Shown: positions 45,095-56,347, numbered from the stretch's first letter. The stretch is DNA of 64,000 nt from Candidatus Cybelea sp. (GCA_049696515.1 JBAVTZ010000173.1:292-64291); one strand, 5' to 3'. The notes: generated from the sequence alone by a model not told the origin. Numbers and translations are program-made.

Positions 45095-46233
45095 TGGGGC
45101 GGAGGTCGCCCCGATACAATGAGTTCGTGCTTGGAGGATGGTGGCGGCGGGGGGCACTTGCAACGCTCGTCGCCTCGATGTGTTGTTTGACGTTCGCGGC
45201 ACCGGTGTGCGCCGACGAAACGTTCGCCGTTGGTCCTGCACCGATACTCAACCTACACGTGCCCCGCGGCCAAGTAACGATTCAGACCTGGGATCGCCCG
45301 CAGGTCCTTATCTCGTCCGAGAAACCGGTTAACGTTCGCCATCTCGACCCTGGGGAGGTTGACGCAAGTATTCCCAAAGAGCTGCAGATAGCGTCAGACT
45401 TGATTCAGACCGAGCACGGCCCGGTGACGCTTCCTGCCGAGCCCTTCGTGATGCCCCAGCTTCCGGGCGGAGGGCACGACGAGATCATGGCCCGTGGAAG
45501 CGGACGGATGACGATTACGATTCCGCGCGGGACCGCAATGGTAATGGTGCAGCAGCGCGCCGGTCACTTGACGATCGCTAACTACCGCGGCGTCTTCGTC
45601 GCGCACGCGCGCGCGGCCGAAGTCTCCCTAAACAACGTCAGCGGAACCGGTTTTGTGGAATCCCTGCGCGGGCAGATCGTCGCGACCAACTCTTCGTTCG
45701 ACCGGTTGCGCGTTCGAACCGCGACCGGAGACATGCTTTTCCAAGGCTGCAGCTCGCAACAAATTCAGGCAACCAGCGCCTACGGTTCGATCGTTTACGA
45801 CAACGGCGACTTTCAACCCGGCTTGGCGCGCTTCGAGTCGGAGCACGGGAACGTAGCGCTCGGTGTACGCGGCGGCGCGCAGATAGGCGCTCATAGCGGC
45901 TCCGGCCAGGTCGTTTCGAACTTTGCCGACGACGCGCAAGTCCGCGGAGATCCGACCACCAAACAGGCGACGGTCGGGGGCGGCGGGCCGGTCGTCACCG
46001 CGACCTCGCGGAACGGCTCGGTCTATCTATACAGCGGATCCATGAACGAAAACCCGCGCGTACGACAGGAGCTCAACGGCAGTACGCTCCTTCCGACTCA
46101 CTACCCGAACGAGATCGCACCGAATGCGGCGCCAAGTCCGGTGCCGCCACCACGCGCCGGCTCACCGGCGCGGCCTCCCAATCCGCGCGCGTTTGTCCGA
46201 ACACAGAGCACGCGACCGCCGGACCCAATTTAA
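45091..46233 (+). CDS. exported DUF4097-like repeat protein with a Pro-rich tail
   Basis: ATGA overlap with the kinase stop. Signal-like N-terminus. Repetitive units (GHLTIANYRG, AAEVSLNNVSG, TATGDMLFQG, SAYGSIVYDNG, SEHGNVALGV). Confidence 0.6.
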   Translation: MMGRRSPRYNEFVLGGWWRRGALATLVASMCCLTFAAPVCADETFAVGPAPILNLHVPRGQVTIQTWDRPQVLISSEKPVNVRHLDPGEVDASIPKELQIASDLIQTEHGPVTLPAEPFVMPQLPGGGHDEIMARGSGRMTITIPRGTAMVMVQQRAGHLTIANYRGVFVAHARAAEVSLNNVSGTGFVESLRGQIVATNSSFDRLRVRTATGDMLFQGCSSQQIQATSAYGSIVYDNGDFQPGLARFESEHGNVALGVRGGAQIGAHSGSGQVVSNFADDAQVRGDPTTKQATVGGGGPVVTATSRNGSVYLYSGSMNENPRVRQELNGSTLLPTHYPNEIAPNAAPSPVPPPRAGSPARPPNPRAFVRTQSTRPPDPI

Positions 46234-47027
46234 CCGGCTACTGCCGCCACTTCAGTCTCTAAATCCACGACCAGCCCGTCGTACGCGGCGATCGCCCGTA
46301 GCCCGAGCTCGTCCTCTATCTGCTGCGCCAAGCGCGGCGGATCGGCTTCCAGCATTTTGGTTCCAAAGTGTTGAAAGACGGCGACTTTAGGGCGCACTTC
46401 GGTAACGACGCGTTGCGCATCGTTCCAGGTGAGATGATCCACGTTCATCTCGTCGCGATAGCGTAGAACGTTGATCACCAGAACGTCGGGACGGTGCTCG
46501 GCATAATCGGCGCCGAGCCCATCGAAGTAGCGACCACAGGGAAGATAGGCGACGCGTAAGCCGTCGTAGAGAAAGTGAAGCCCATATGTTTGGACGGCGT
46601 GGAGGTGCGTCATCGAAGTGTATAGCTCGACGCCGCCTATGCGATAAGGCCCCCCGTTCGGCTCGAGAGGCTCGATGCGCTCGGCAAAACGTCGCACATA
46701 GGGCAGCACGACGGCTTCGTCGTCGAAAGCGTCCGCGGGTGCGAGCACCGCACCACGCCGGCGGAAACCGCCCGAGGTCATCGCCTCGATCAGCACGTTG
46801 ACGTCACCGGAGTGGTCGAGATGTTTATGTGAGAGCACGATCGCATCGAGTTCACGCGGATTGCACGGTGGCACGTTCGTAAGGGCCCGAACGAGCGCCC
46901 CAGGACCGGGATCGACGTGAATTTGCGTCTCCCCGAACCGCATCCACATCCCGCCCGATGCCCGTAGCTGGCGCGCAACGACGAAACGCGCTCCACCGCT
47001 TCCGAGAAAGAGGATCGAGGAGGCCAT
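46230..47027 (-). CDS. MBL-fold metallo-hydrolase
   Basis: HKHLDHSGD metal-binding motif and a beta-lactamase-fold pattern. Confidence 0.75.
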   Translation of the reverse strand: MASSILFLGSGGARFVVARQLRASGGMWMRFGETQIHVDPGPGALVRALTNVPPCNPRELDAIVLSHKHLDHSGDVNVLIEAMTSGGFRRRGAVLAPADAFDDEAVVLPYVRRFAERIEPLEPNGGPYRIGGVELYTSMTHLHAVQTYGLHFLYDGLRVAYLPCGRYFDGLGADYAEHRPDVLVINVLRYRDEMNVDHLTWNDAQRVVTEVRPKVAVFQHFGTKMLEADPPRLAQQIEDELGLRAIAAYDGLVVDLETEVAAVAG

Positions 47028-47037
47028 CGGCCGTGGT

Positions 47038-48261
47038 CTAGCCTAGCACTGCGAGCTTCGGAAAGACGCCGTTGAGCAACGCCGCCGAAGGACGTCCGAG
47101 CCAGCGCTCGAGTACGGTTGCGTAGACGCTGCGAAAATCGACGCTGTAGCGAAGGTTGCCCATATTGGTCTCCGCGAGATTCGGCGCGGTGCCGTAGAGG
47201 CCGCCTTTGACGCCGCCGCCGATCAGAAAGAGTGGTGAGGCCTCCCCGTGATCGGTGCCGCGGCTGCCGTTTTCTTCAATGCGGCGCCCGAACTCGCTGA
47301 AGGTAAGCGTTAACACGCGCCGGTCGTTACCGTGGGCGGCGAGGTCGAAGTAGAATGCCCCAATTGCATTGGAAAATTGCTCTAGGAGCTGATTCTGGGT
47401 GGCTTTTTGATTGACGTGCGTATCGAACGAGCCGTGCTCGACGTAAATCGCTTTCGTCCCCAGGTTGCTCCCCACGATCTGCGCGGCCAGGGCCAAGCTG
47501 CGTCCGAGCGCCGTCGCCGGATAGGCAGCCTTCGTCTTATATCCCGCGACGAGCTTCGGCAGTTCCTCGGAGCTGCGTTGCGCGTCGCCTTCGACTTCCA
47601 TCACGTGCGCCAAGTACGGCGAGTCAAAGGGCAAACGCTGATCGTGCGCCCCTTGCGAGAAGGATCTGCGCGCGACCAGATTGCTGTCCGCGATCATCGC
47701 GTATTGGCCCAGTCCGGGAATTGCGGGAATATCGGTGCGTTGGGAAACGAGCACTTCGGGCAGGACTTTCGAGACCGCAACACCTTTGAAGAGGTTCAGC
47801 TGCGGAAGTCCGGCGTCGTCGAAGTAACGCCCCAACCAGCCGGTATGCTCGTAGCGATCCGGCGCGGCGGTCTGCCATATTTCGGTTGAGCGAAAGTGCG
47901 AGTGATCGGGATCCGGATATCCGACCCCTTGGATGATTGCCACGGCTCCCTTGTCGTAGAGCGCCTTAAACGACCGCATTCCAGGGTTTAGGCCGACCCG
48001 TGCGTTGATTGCCAGGACCTCGTTCGGCGCGATCGCCAATGCCGGTCGCAGCTGGTAATACCGGCCGTCCCCGTGAGGGACGACGCAGTTCAATCCGTCG
48101 TTGCCGCCGTAGAGATTGATCACTACCAAGCAACGGTCTGCGCTGCCCGGTAATCCCGGCAGCGGCGTCTGCGCGAGGGCGCGTGCAAAAACATGGTCGG
48201 GATTGGCGACTACCGCGAGTCCCGAGGCCGCTGCCAGCAAGAAGTTACTTCGTTTCATCAT
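47038..48261 (-). CDS. DUF1501 domain protein (sulfatase-like fold, Tat-type signal)
   Basis: MMKRSNFLLAAASGLAVV signal and a C-terminal TLTFSEFGRR ... GTDHG pattern typical of DUF1501. Confidence 0.75.
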   Translation of the reverse strand: MMKRSNFLLAAASGLAVVANPDHVFARALAQTPLPGLPGSADRCLVVINLYGGNDGLNCVVPHGDGRYYQLRPALAIAPNEVLAINARVGLNPGMRSFKALYDKGAVAIIQGVGYPDPDHSHFRSTEIWQTAAPDRYEHTGWLGRYFDDAGLPQLNLFKGVAVSKVLPEVLVSQRTDIPAIPGLGQYAMIADSNLVARRSFSQGAHDQRLPFDSPYLAHVMEVEGDAQRSSEELPKLVAGYKTKAAYPATALGRSLALAAQIVGSNLGTKAIYVEHGSFDTHVNQKATQNQLLEQFSNAIGAFYFDLAAHGNDRRVLTLTFSEFGRRIEENGSRGTDHGEASPLFLIGGGVKGGLYGTAPNLAETNMGNLRYSVDFRSVYATVLERWLGRPSAALLNGVFPKLAVLG

Positions 48262-48262
48262 C

Positions 48263-49696
48263 TCAGCTCAGTTGATAGGCTGGTGTCGCCATCGCGAGAT
48301 TGACGGCACCCCCGATGCGTTGGTCGTGGTTTTCCGCGGAGAACGAGGCGAGCGCCGCGCTTCCCGCCCCGCTCAAATAGCCCTTGAGCTCGAAGATTGA
48401 GGCAGGTGCGGCGTCGCCCTGCAGCAGGGTCTGCGCGAGCAGCTCGGCGGCGCTTCGCGGTGCGACGGGTAATGCTCGCAGCCACGAGGACGCTGCCAGC
48501 GTTTGTGAGTTGAGCACCCGCGTGAGAAAGTTTTGGCGGGCGATCATCGTCCCGCTCGTGAGCCAATTCTCGCCGCCCGGCCAGCCCGCGACGCTCGGTG
48601 GAAAGAAGAGGCGCTGACCCATCTGCTGGAGCGCGGGCAGCGCGCTTGCATCAATGGTACCAAGGCCGAGTGTCTTGTAGGTTCCGACCACGAACTCAAC
48701 CGGGCTTTTGACCAACGCCCGATACGCCCGCGGGCTATAGAAGAGATTGCTGCCCAGCATCGTGGCAAAAACTGGTTTCAGCTCAAAGTCGTGCCGGCGC
48801 AGCACCGCGGCCACGCCCTCAACGAGCTCGGGCTCGGGGTTGTTGTACACGAACGCGTTGAGCAGACTCGCGGCGAAGAAGCGCGCACACTGCGGCTGCG
48901 CAAAGATGATGTTGAGGATGTCGTCGCCGGTGAAGTTCCCGGTGCGCCCGAGGAAGGTCTTTTGGCCTGCGTCGTGGAGCGCCGGATCAAAGGTGACGGT
49001 ATCGGCGCGCCGGTTAACCCGCCATCCGGTCCAGGCCCTGGCCGACTCCCGAACGTCGGCTTCGGTATAGTTGTCGACGCCGAGCGTAAAAAGCTCCATC
49101 AGTTCGCGGGCATAGTTTTCGTTGGGATGAGCCGCGACGTTTTGCGCGCCGTTCAAGTAAATCAGCATCGCGGCATCTTTGGAAACGTTGCGGGTTAGCT
49201 CGCGAACATTGCCAAGCGCATATTGGCGGAAAAGCGCGTTTTGGTTGTAGGTGATCCACGGAAAGAGCGTCGTTGCGCGCGAGGTGAAGTGCCCGTGTAA
49301 GTACAGGGTCATCTTCTCCTGGAGTGGAGCGGGCGTCGAGAGCATCCGGTTCAGCCACCAGAGCTGCATCGCTAGAATCACTTCGGCCCTTTGCCGGCGC
49401 TTTTCGTGGCGACTCATCGACAACAGCGGATGGGCCTGATCGTCCAGATCGCTGGGCGGTGAAATCGAGGCCGGCGAGGGGAGTGAGAGCAGCGAAGCGA
49501 CTGCGTCGTCGGCGCGCATCGCGCCGTAGCGCCTCACCTCATCAGGCGTCCCACCGAAACCGGCTCGCCGCAGCAAGTGCGCGGCTGCGCGCTCGCCGAG
49601 CAGGTCGCGATATGGTTGCAACGCGGTGGAGACGTCGAGGCGCCCCTGAGGGCGCCGAATGCCGCCGACGTCAGTCTGAGATTGTGCCGCCATCAC
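48263..49696 (-). CDS. DUF1800 domain protein
   Basis: AAHLLRRAGFGGTPDEV N-terminal signature. Sits immediately upstream of the DUF1501 gene. Confidence 0.7.
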   Translation of the reverse strand: MMAAQSQTDVGGIRRPQGRLDVSTALQPYRDLLGERAAAHLLRRAGFGGTPDEVRRYGAMRADDAVASLLSLPSPASISPPSDLDDQAHPLLSMSRHEKRRQRAEVILAMQLWWLNRMLSTPAPLQEKMTLYLHGHFTSRATTLFPWITYNQNALFRQYALGNVRELTRNVSKDAAMLIYLNGAQNVAAHPNENYARELMELFTLGVDNYTEADVRESARAWTGWRVNRRADTVTFDPALHDAGQKTFLGRTGNFTGDDILNIIFAQPQCARFFAASLLNAFVYNNPEPELVEGVAAVLRRHDFELKPVFATMLGSNLFYSPRAYRALVKSPVEFVVGTYKTLGLGTIDASALPALQQMGQRLFFPPSVAGWPGGENWLTSGTMIARQNFLTRVLNSQTLAASSWLRALPVAPRSAAELLAQTLLQGDAAPASIFELKGYLSGAGSAALASFSAENHDQRIGGAVNLAMATPAYQLS

Positions 49697-49785
49697 CGCT
49701 TAGCTACGAGCCGTCCACCACGAGGCCCTCGCGATTTCGCGACGTCTAACCGGGCTCTAAGCGGGCCGCGCCGAATGGCGCCGCG

Positions 49786-51369
<1,584 letters not shown>

Positions 51370-51377
51370 AACCGAAG

Positions 51378-52235
51378 ATGCGATCGCTTTTGCTACCGTG
51401 GGCGATTCTTGTCGCTACACTTGCTCTTTTGAGCTCAGGCTCACAACCGCTTACCGTTCTCGACGGATGCGCCGACGGCTTGGTGCCGGCCGTAGCGGGG
51501 ACGATCCATGGGCACAGGATTTGGTTCGATCTCGACACCGGAGCGCTCCAAACCTACCTCGATGCTTCGACCGCGCGCGAACTCGCCCTACCATCAGTTG
51601 GGAGCACCACCGTCAGCGGTGCTGGAAAGGGCGCGGTCAACGCGACGCGGTTACAAACCGTTGCAGTTCGGCTAGGAGACGTCATCTTCCAGGCTCGCGA
51701 TCCTATAGCCATCGACCTCGGACACGTGGGAAGCTCGCTGCAACTCGGTGGAATTCTCGGCTTCGACTTCTTCCGTCAGCACGTCGTCGCAATCGACTTC
51801 CACTCGTATCGCGTTGCGCTTTACGATCCCGTTGCTTACCGATACGCGGGGAAGGGAGTAGCGATTCCGCTGGTCATTCGACCGCCGCGAGCGTACGTCA
51901 ACGTCATCGTCGCTGCCGAGGGGGTGCCTCCCGAACGTCACTCGTTGCGTCTCGACCTGGGCTCGAACGACGCGGTGGACGACGATATCGTCTTGCGCTC
52001 GTCGGCGCCAAAACAACCGATTAGTGGCGGCGTGGGGGTGGGGCAGCGATTCCCATCATATTTGGGGCGCGTGAGCGAGCTCCAACTCGGCCCATTCAAA
52101 CTGTACGATCTTCCGGCTGCGACCGGTGGCGTTCAACTCATCGGCGACGCGGTCTGGCATCGCTTCAACGTCGTCTTCGATTTTTCGCGGTCGGTGATGT
52201 ACCTGGAACCGATCGGCTACTCAAGCTTGAAGTAG
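51378..52235 (+). CDS. exported retropepsin-like aspartic protease
   Basis: Signal peptide, then the WFDLDTGALQTYL (DTG) motif and GGILGFDFF. Confidence 0.55.
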   Translation: MRSLLLPWAILVATLALLSSGSQPLTVLDGCADGLVPAVAGTIHGHRIWFDLDTGALQTYLDASTARELALPSVGSTTVSGAGKGAVNATRLQTVAVRLGDVIFQARDPIAIDLGHVGSSLQLGGILGFDFFRQHVVAIDFHSYRVALYDPVAYRYAGKGVAIPLVIRPPRAYVNVIVAAEGVPPERHSLRLDLGSNDAVDDDIVLRSSAPKQPISGGVGVGQRFPSYLGRVSELQLGPFKLYDLPAATGGVQLIGDAVWHRFNVVFDFSRSVMYLEPIGYSSLK

Positions 52236-52903
52236 CTCGGCGTCACACGCCACTTCCCGTCGCCATAGCGCAAAACTGCGCTCGCGTCCGGTTTGGTGGG
52301 GCAGCAAAGTGCGGCGTTTGGTGCGTAGTACGGGCCGTTAAGCTCGATCGAGTCGCCGCTGCCGTCGCGCCGGATCGTCGCACGCAGTTCGCACGGGTTG
52401 CCGACCGAAACTGCGGGAGCGACGCCGCCCCCCGGAGCGGTTGCGAAGACGCTCACGGTCGCCGAACCGCAATCCGCACCCAACTCGTGCGACTGCACGA
52501 CGAGCTGCTGAAAGACCGGGCCCTTCAGGTGTGCCGTGCCGACGATTCGCAATTCCTGGACCGGGAACCACATCTTCGCCCCGTTTGCCTGGGTTACGCG
52601 CGAGAGTGGTCCGCCGTTGCCCGGCGATCGATAGCGCAAGCGGTACGCTCCGCGGCTGAGCGCGTAGATTGAAAGGTACCATTGATAGAACTCGCGCCCA
52701 TTCCCCGAGCCGGCCAGCTTCTTGCTGGCCACGGCGCGCCACTGAGCATTCGCGTGTTCGCCATTGAAGGCGACGCCCTGATTCTGCACGACGCTGCCGG
52801 GCGGCAGCGGGACAAACGGACTGTTTGCCGGCTGCGCGAGCGCCGTAAGCGACGAAGCGAATAGGACGGCAACAGTCGTGATGGTCAATCGTAATCGCAT
52901 CAT
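52217..52903 (-). CDS. exported protein of unknown function
   Basis: Signal peptide MMRLRLTITTVAVLFASSLTALAQP. Coding-like codon use. Confidence 0.5.
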   Translation of the reverse strand: MMRLRLTITTVAVLFASSLTALAQPANSPFVPLPPGSVVQNQGVAFNGEHANAQWRAVASKKLAGSGNGREFYQWYLSIYALSRGAYRLRYRSPGNGGPLSRVTQANGAKMWFPVQELRIVGTAHLKGPVFQQLVVQSHELGADCGSATVSVFATAPGGGVAPAVSVGNPCELRATIRRDGSGDSIELNGPYYAPNAALCCPTKPDASAVLRYGDGKWRVTPSYFKLE

Positions 52904-52936
52904 TCCGGTAGTTCTCCCGCGAGGTGCGCCGTACTT

Positions 52937-53968
52937 CTAGGGCCTTAGCGCACTCATTGGGATAGTTGAGGGAAGCGTAACGCCGCCCGCCCACGCCGGT
53001 GGGGTGCGAACGATCTGGCTCAGCATATCGCTCCAGGCTTGTGTGAGGATGGGCACCAGGGTTATCAGCCGATGGATCCCGCCCGGTTCGGAATAGAACG
53101 AGACCTCGAGTCCGGAAGCTTGCAGAAAGGCCGCGGTCGCGGTTGGATACTGCGTCGGGATACTTTCGTCGGCACGGCCGGTCAGCACGTAAAAGGGCGT
53201 CGTGCGCATCAGCGCGACGACCCGGCGTGAGTCGGAGCCCAGCAGCGCGCCGGCAATGCACATCACCGCGGACCACTCGCCGGGATGGACCGTCGCCACT
53301 TCGAAGACCGAGAAGCCTCCCATCGAATATCCTGCCAGATAGCGTTTGCGCGGATCGATTGTGAAGGCGTTGGTGGCGGCATCGAGCGCGTCGTAGACAT
53401 CGGAGGCGGATCCGCGAAAATCGTAGTAGCCGCGCCCCCACGGGGCGACCACGATCGAATTGGTTTTCTCGGCGAGCGCGGCGATGTATTGCGGCGAGAT
53501 CAGCTGCGATTCCGACTGGGGATGACCGTGCAGAAAGACGATCAACGGCGCGGCCCGGCCGGGAACGTAGCTCGACGGAACGTAGACCGCTACTGGCTGC
53601 ATGGTGGCGTCGCTCGACGCGCGCACGAGGATTTCACCCCATCCGCGAACCGACGCCATCGGACGATAGGAACGTTCGAGCAACTGCGTTGCCAGACTCA
53701 GATCGAGTGTCGCAGTTTGGCGGAGGGTCGCAGACCAGTCCACCGCCGTATAACCTTCCGGCGGGCTCGGATCCTCAAGTGAATCGGCGTCGTCGCGCAG
53801 CCGCTGATAGTAGTCGAAGGTGGTATCGTGACCGGCAACGGGCGCGATCTGGGACACTTTCGCAAGATAGATCGCGGCGGTCGTGCGCAGCGAGTCAGAA
53901 AGGCTTTCGCTCGAGCTCCCGATTAGGAGGGTCAACATCGCCAAGCTGACGAGTTTGCTGCTGGTCAT
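52937..53968 (-). CDS. exported alpha/beta hydrolase (esterase/peptidase S9-like)
   Basis: Nucleophile elbow GYSMGG, an upstream FLHGHPQSE segment and a signal peptide. Confidence 0.7.
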   Translation of the reverse strand: MTSSKLVSLAMLTLLIGSSSESLSDSLRTTAAIYLAKVSQIAPVAGHDTTFDYYQRLRDDADSLEDPSPPEGYTAVDWSATLRQTATLDLSLATQLLERSYRPMASVRGWGEILVRASSDATMQPVAVYVPSSYVPGRAAPLIVFLHGHPQSESQLISPQYIAALAEKTNSIVVAPWGRGYYDFRGSASDVYDALDAATNAFTIDPRKRYLAGYSMGGFSVFEVATVHPGEWSAVMCIAGALLGSDSRRVVALMRTTPFYVLTGRADESIPTQYPTATAAFLQASGLEVSFYSEPGGIHRLITLVPILTQAWSDMLSQIVRTPPAWAGGVTLPSTIPMSALRP

Positions 53969-53975
53969 GACTAAA

Positions 53976-54713
53976 TCAGATGCCGGCGTACCACTCGTAG
54001 CCCTCGTCCTCCCAGTAGCCGCCGTGACCGCCGGCGATCACGGCAAAGCTGCCGACGACCTCGATGCGGCCGATCCACTTGGCGCTCTTATAGCCGAGTT
54101 GCGTCGGTACACGCAAACGCACGGGTGCGCCGTGATCGGGGTCCAACGGCGCGTCGTTCAAGCGCATTGCAAGCAGCGCCTGCGGGTGGCGCGCTTGGTG
54201 GAGATCGAGACTCTCGTAGTAGAGATTGCCCGCTCCGTCGTTGTCCATGCACCGGAAGACCACGTAACGCGCGTCCTGGCGCGGCACCACCGCCGCGAGC
54301 AGCGCCCCGAGCGGAACTCCGCTCCACTTTCCGATCACACTCCAACCCTCGACACAATCGTGGCGCGTGATCTGCGTCTGCTGCGGCATACGGTGGAGTT
54401 GGTCCAACGAAAAGGCCTGCGGTCTCTCGACCGCGCCGTCCACGATAAGGCGGTATCCGGCAAAGTTTCCAGCTACCAAATTTGTATAGCGCGCATCCGA
54501 CGGGGTTGCAAAACCGTTCACCCGGAACTGACGGTCAACGTCGCGCTCCTGGTACTCACGAGCCAGCCCGCGCGTCCCGATCAGCGCGTGGTTGAGCGTC
54601 TCGGCCGAAGCCAGCATTTGGCGAATGCCGCTGCTGCGGTTAAGCGCCGAACTCACCGGGCCGCATCCCGCCAGCGCCGACACGGTCGTTGCGAGAAAGA
54701 GCCGCCGCTTCAT
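53976..54713 (-). CDS. molybdopterin-dependent oxidoreductase, YedY/MsrP-like, Tat-lipoprotein signal
   Basis: MKRRLFLATTVSALAGCG, ITRHDCVEGWS, GAPVRLRVPTQLGYKSAKW. The internal ATG at 54713 was chosen. Confidence 0.8.
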   Translation of the reverse strand: MKRRLFLATTVSALAGCGPVSSALNRSSGIRQMLASAETLNHALIGTRGLAREYQERDVDRQFRVNGFATPSDARYTNLVAGNFAGYRLIVDGAVERPQAFSLDQLHRMPQQTQITRHDCVEGWSVIGKWSGVPLGALLAAVVPRQDARYVVFRCMDNDGAGNLYYESLDLHQARHPQALLAMRLNDAPLDPDHGAPVRLRVPTQLGYKSAKWIGRIEVVGSFAVIAGGHGGYWEDEGYEWYAGI

Positions 54714-55498
54714 TCGACTTGGTACCAGCCGGTTATCATCGAGCGCATTTGGTTGACCACCCCTTGCGTCGCCACTTGGAACGTATGGAGCGCAAAGAAT
54801 CCAAGCAGCAGGATCATGCCGGCGAAATGCCAGAGCCGCGCGAACTGCCGCCCGCCAAAGACGACGGTGAGCGGATTCGCAATCGCGTCGATGCCGGGAG
54901 AGAGCGCCAAGCCGGTGAGGACGACCAGCGGCGCGATGACGAAAAGCACGGTAGTATAGGCGGCCTTCTGCAGCGGGTTGTAGACCCCATGCGCGGGCGG
55001 ATCTTTGCGCAATTTCAGGTAATAGGCTTGCATTGGCCAAAGCTTCGGCAGATCGCTAGGCCGCAAGACCATCTCGCGCAAGTTTCCCTTGACTGCGCTG
55101 GAGAGCAGCCACGCCAACCAGCAGAGTGCCGCGATCCAGGCAAAGAAAAGATGCCAGCGGCGACCGCCGGCGAGGTCTTGGTAGCCGGGGATTATGATCG
55201 CCGCGGGAAACGCGTGCGCGCCTCGCGATCCGATGCCGTCGCCGGTCCAGCCCAGCCATCCGGTGGTAACGAAAGTATGGCCGAAGAGCGTCGTGGTCCC
55301 CACGCCATCAGCCGGCGACCCGATCGCGAGAACGCGCCGAGCCGGATCGCTCTTGTCGGAGGCATCTAAATTGGGCGACGCGTTGAAGATCTGCAGCCCG
55401 CTGCCCACCAGAACTAGGAGCGCAACGACCCAGAGCCAGTGGCTGACGCGCGTCAGCAATGCGTACCGATAGATGGTCTGGCGTCCCGTCTCTTTCAT
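54710..55498 (-). CDS. cytochrome b561/PhsC-like membrane di-heme subunit
   Basis: RVSHWLWVVALLVLVGSGLQIF start pattern and further TM helices with His. ATGA-type 4-nt overlap with the molybdoenzyme gene. Confidence 0.7.
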   Translation of the reverse strand: MKETGRQTIYRYALLTRVSHWLWVVALLVLVGSGLQIFNASPNLDASDKSDPARRVLAIGSPADGVGTTTLFGHTFVTTGWLGWTGDGIGSRGAHAFPAAIIIPGYQDLAGGRRWHLFFAWIAALCWLAWLLSSAVKGNLREMVLRPSDLPKLWPMQAYYLKLRKDPPAHGVYNPLQKAAYTTVLFVIAPLVVLTGLALSPGIDAIANPLTVVFGGRQFARLWHFAGMILLLGFFALHTFQVATQGVVNQMRSMITGWYQVE

Positions 55499-55555
55499 CT
55501 GGCAAGTATAACGCTTGCGAGGCCCGCTCGGATGATGCCGCGAACCCCGGCCGCC

Positions 55556-56347
55556 ATGGCCGAGTGCATTACCCTCGCCGTCGCCGACGGCGTCGCCCGT
55601 GTTACGCTGGCGCGGCCGGAGATCCGTAACGCTTTCAATGCCGAGGTAATCGAGCGGCTGCGTGAGGTTTTTGCCGGTCTCACCGCCTCCGATGAGGTGC
55701 GCGCCGTAGTGCTGGCCGGGGAAGGGAGCGTCTTCTGCGGTGGAGCGGACATCAACTGGATGCGCGCGTCGCTCGACTTGAACTTTGATGATAACGTGCG
55801 CGACGCCGAGCAGATGAGCGATATGTTCCGCGCGATCGACAACTGTCCGAAGCCGGTCGTCGGCCGAATCCAAGGCGCTGCACTGGGAGGAGGTGCGGGA
55901 CTCGCCGCAGTCTGCGACATCGCGATCGCAGCGGAAGAGACCATCTTCGGCTTTACCGAGGTGAAGCTGGGGATCATTCCGGCGGTCATTTCGCCCTTCG
56001 TGCTCGCCAAGATCGGGGCGTCGCACGCGCGCGCGCTCTTTCTTACCGGCGAACGTTTCGACGCTCATCGCGCCAAGGAGATTGGTCTCGTCCACGAAGT
56101 CGTTCCCGCTGCCCAGCTCGACGATGCGATTGACCGGCGCTTGGCGGAGCTTCGCACCGCCGGCCCGATTGCAGTGAGCGCGGCGAAGCTGCTCGTGCAT
56201 CGCGTACTCGACAACTCGTACGACGACTCACGGGCAATCACGGCGCGCGCGATCGCGCGACAGCGCATCGGCCCCGAAGGCCAGGAAGGCTTGCACGCCT
56301 TTCTCGAGCGGCGCAAAGCCTCGTTCGCAAAACCTGTGTCATCCTGA
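55556..56347 (+). CDS. enoyl-CoA hydratase (methylglutaconyl-CoA hydratase type)
   Basis: VARVTLARPEIRNAF, CGGADINWM, GAALGGGAGLAAVCDIAIA, FTEVKLGIIP. Alternative ATGs lie at 55532 and 55535. Confidence 0.85.
   Translation: MAECITLAVADGVARVTLARPEIRNAFNAEVIERLREVFAGLTASDEVRAVVLAGEGSVFCGGADINWMRASLDLNFDDNVRDAEQMSDMFRAIDNCPKPVVGRIQGAALGGGAGLAAVCDIAIAAEETIFGFTEVKLGIIPAVISPFVLAKIGASHARALFLTGERFDAHRAKEIGLVHEVVPAAQLDDAIDRRLAELRTAGPIAVSAAKLLVHRVLDNSYDDSRAITARAIARQRIGPEGQEGLHAFLERRKASFAKPVSS

Noticed and set aside
49697-49785. TCGCGAtttCGCGA palindrome upstream of the carboxyltransferase gene as a possible liu operator.
   Set aside because: It is a short palindrome in GC-rich DNA with no regulator gene adjacent. 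It cannot be distinguished from chance without comparative data.
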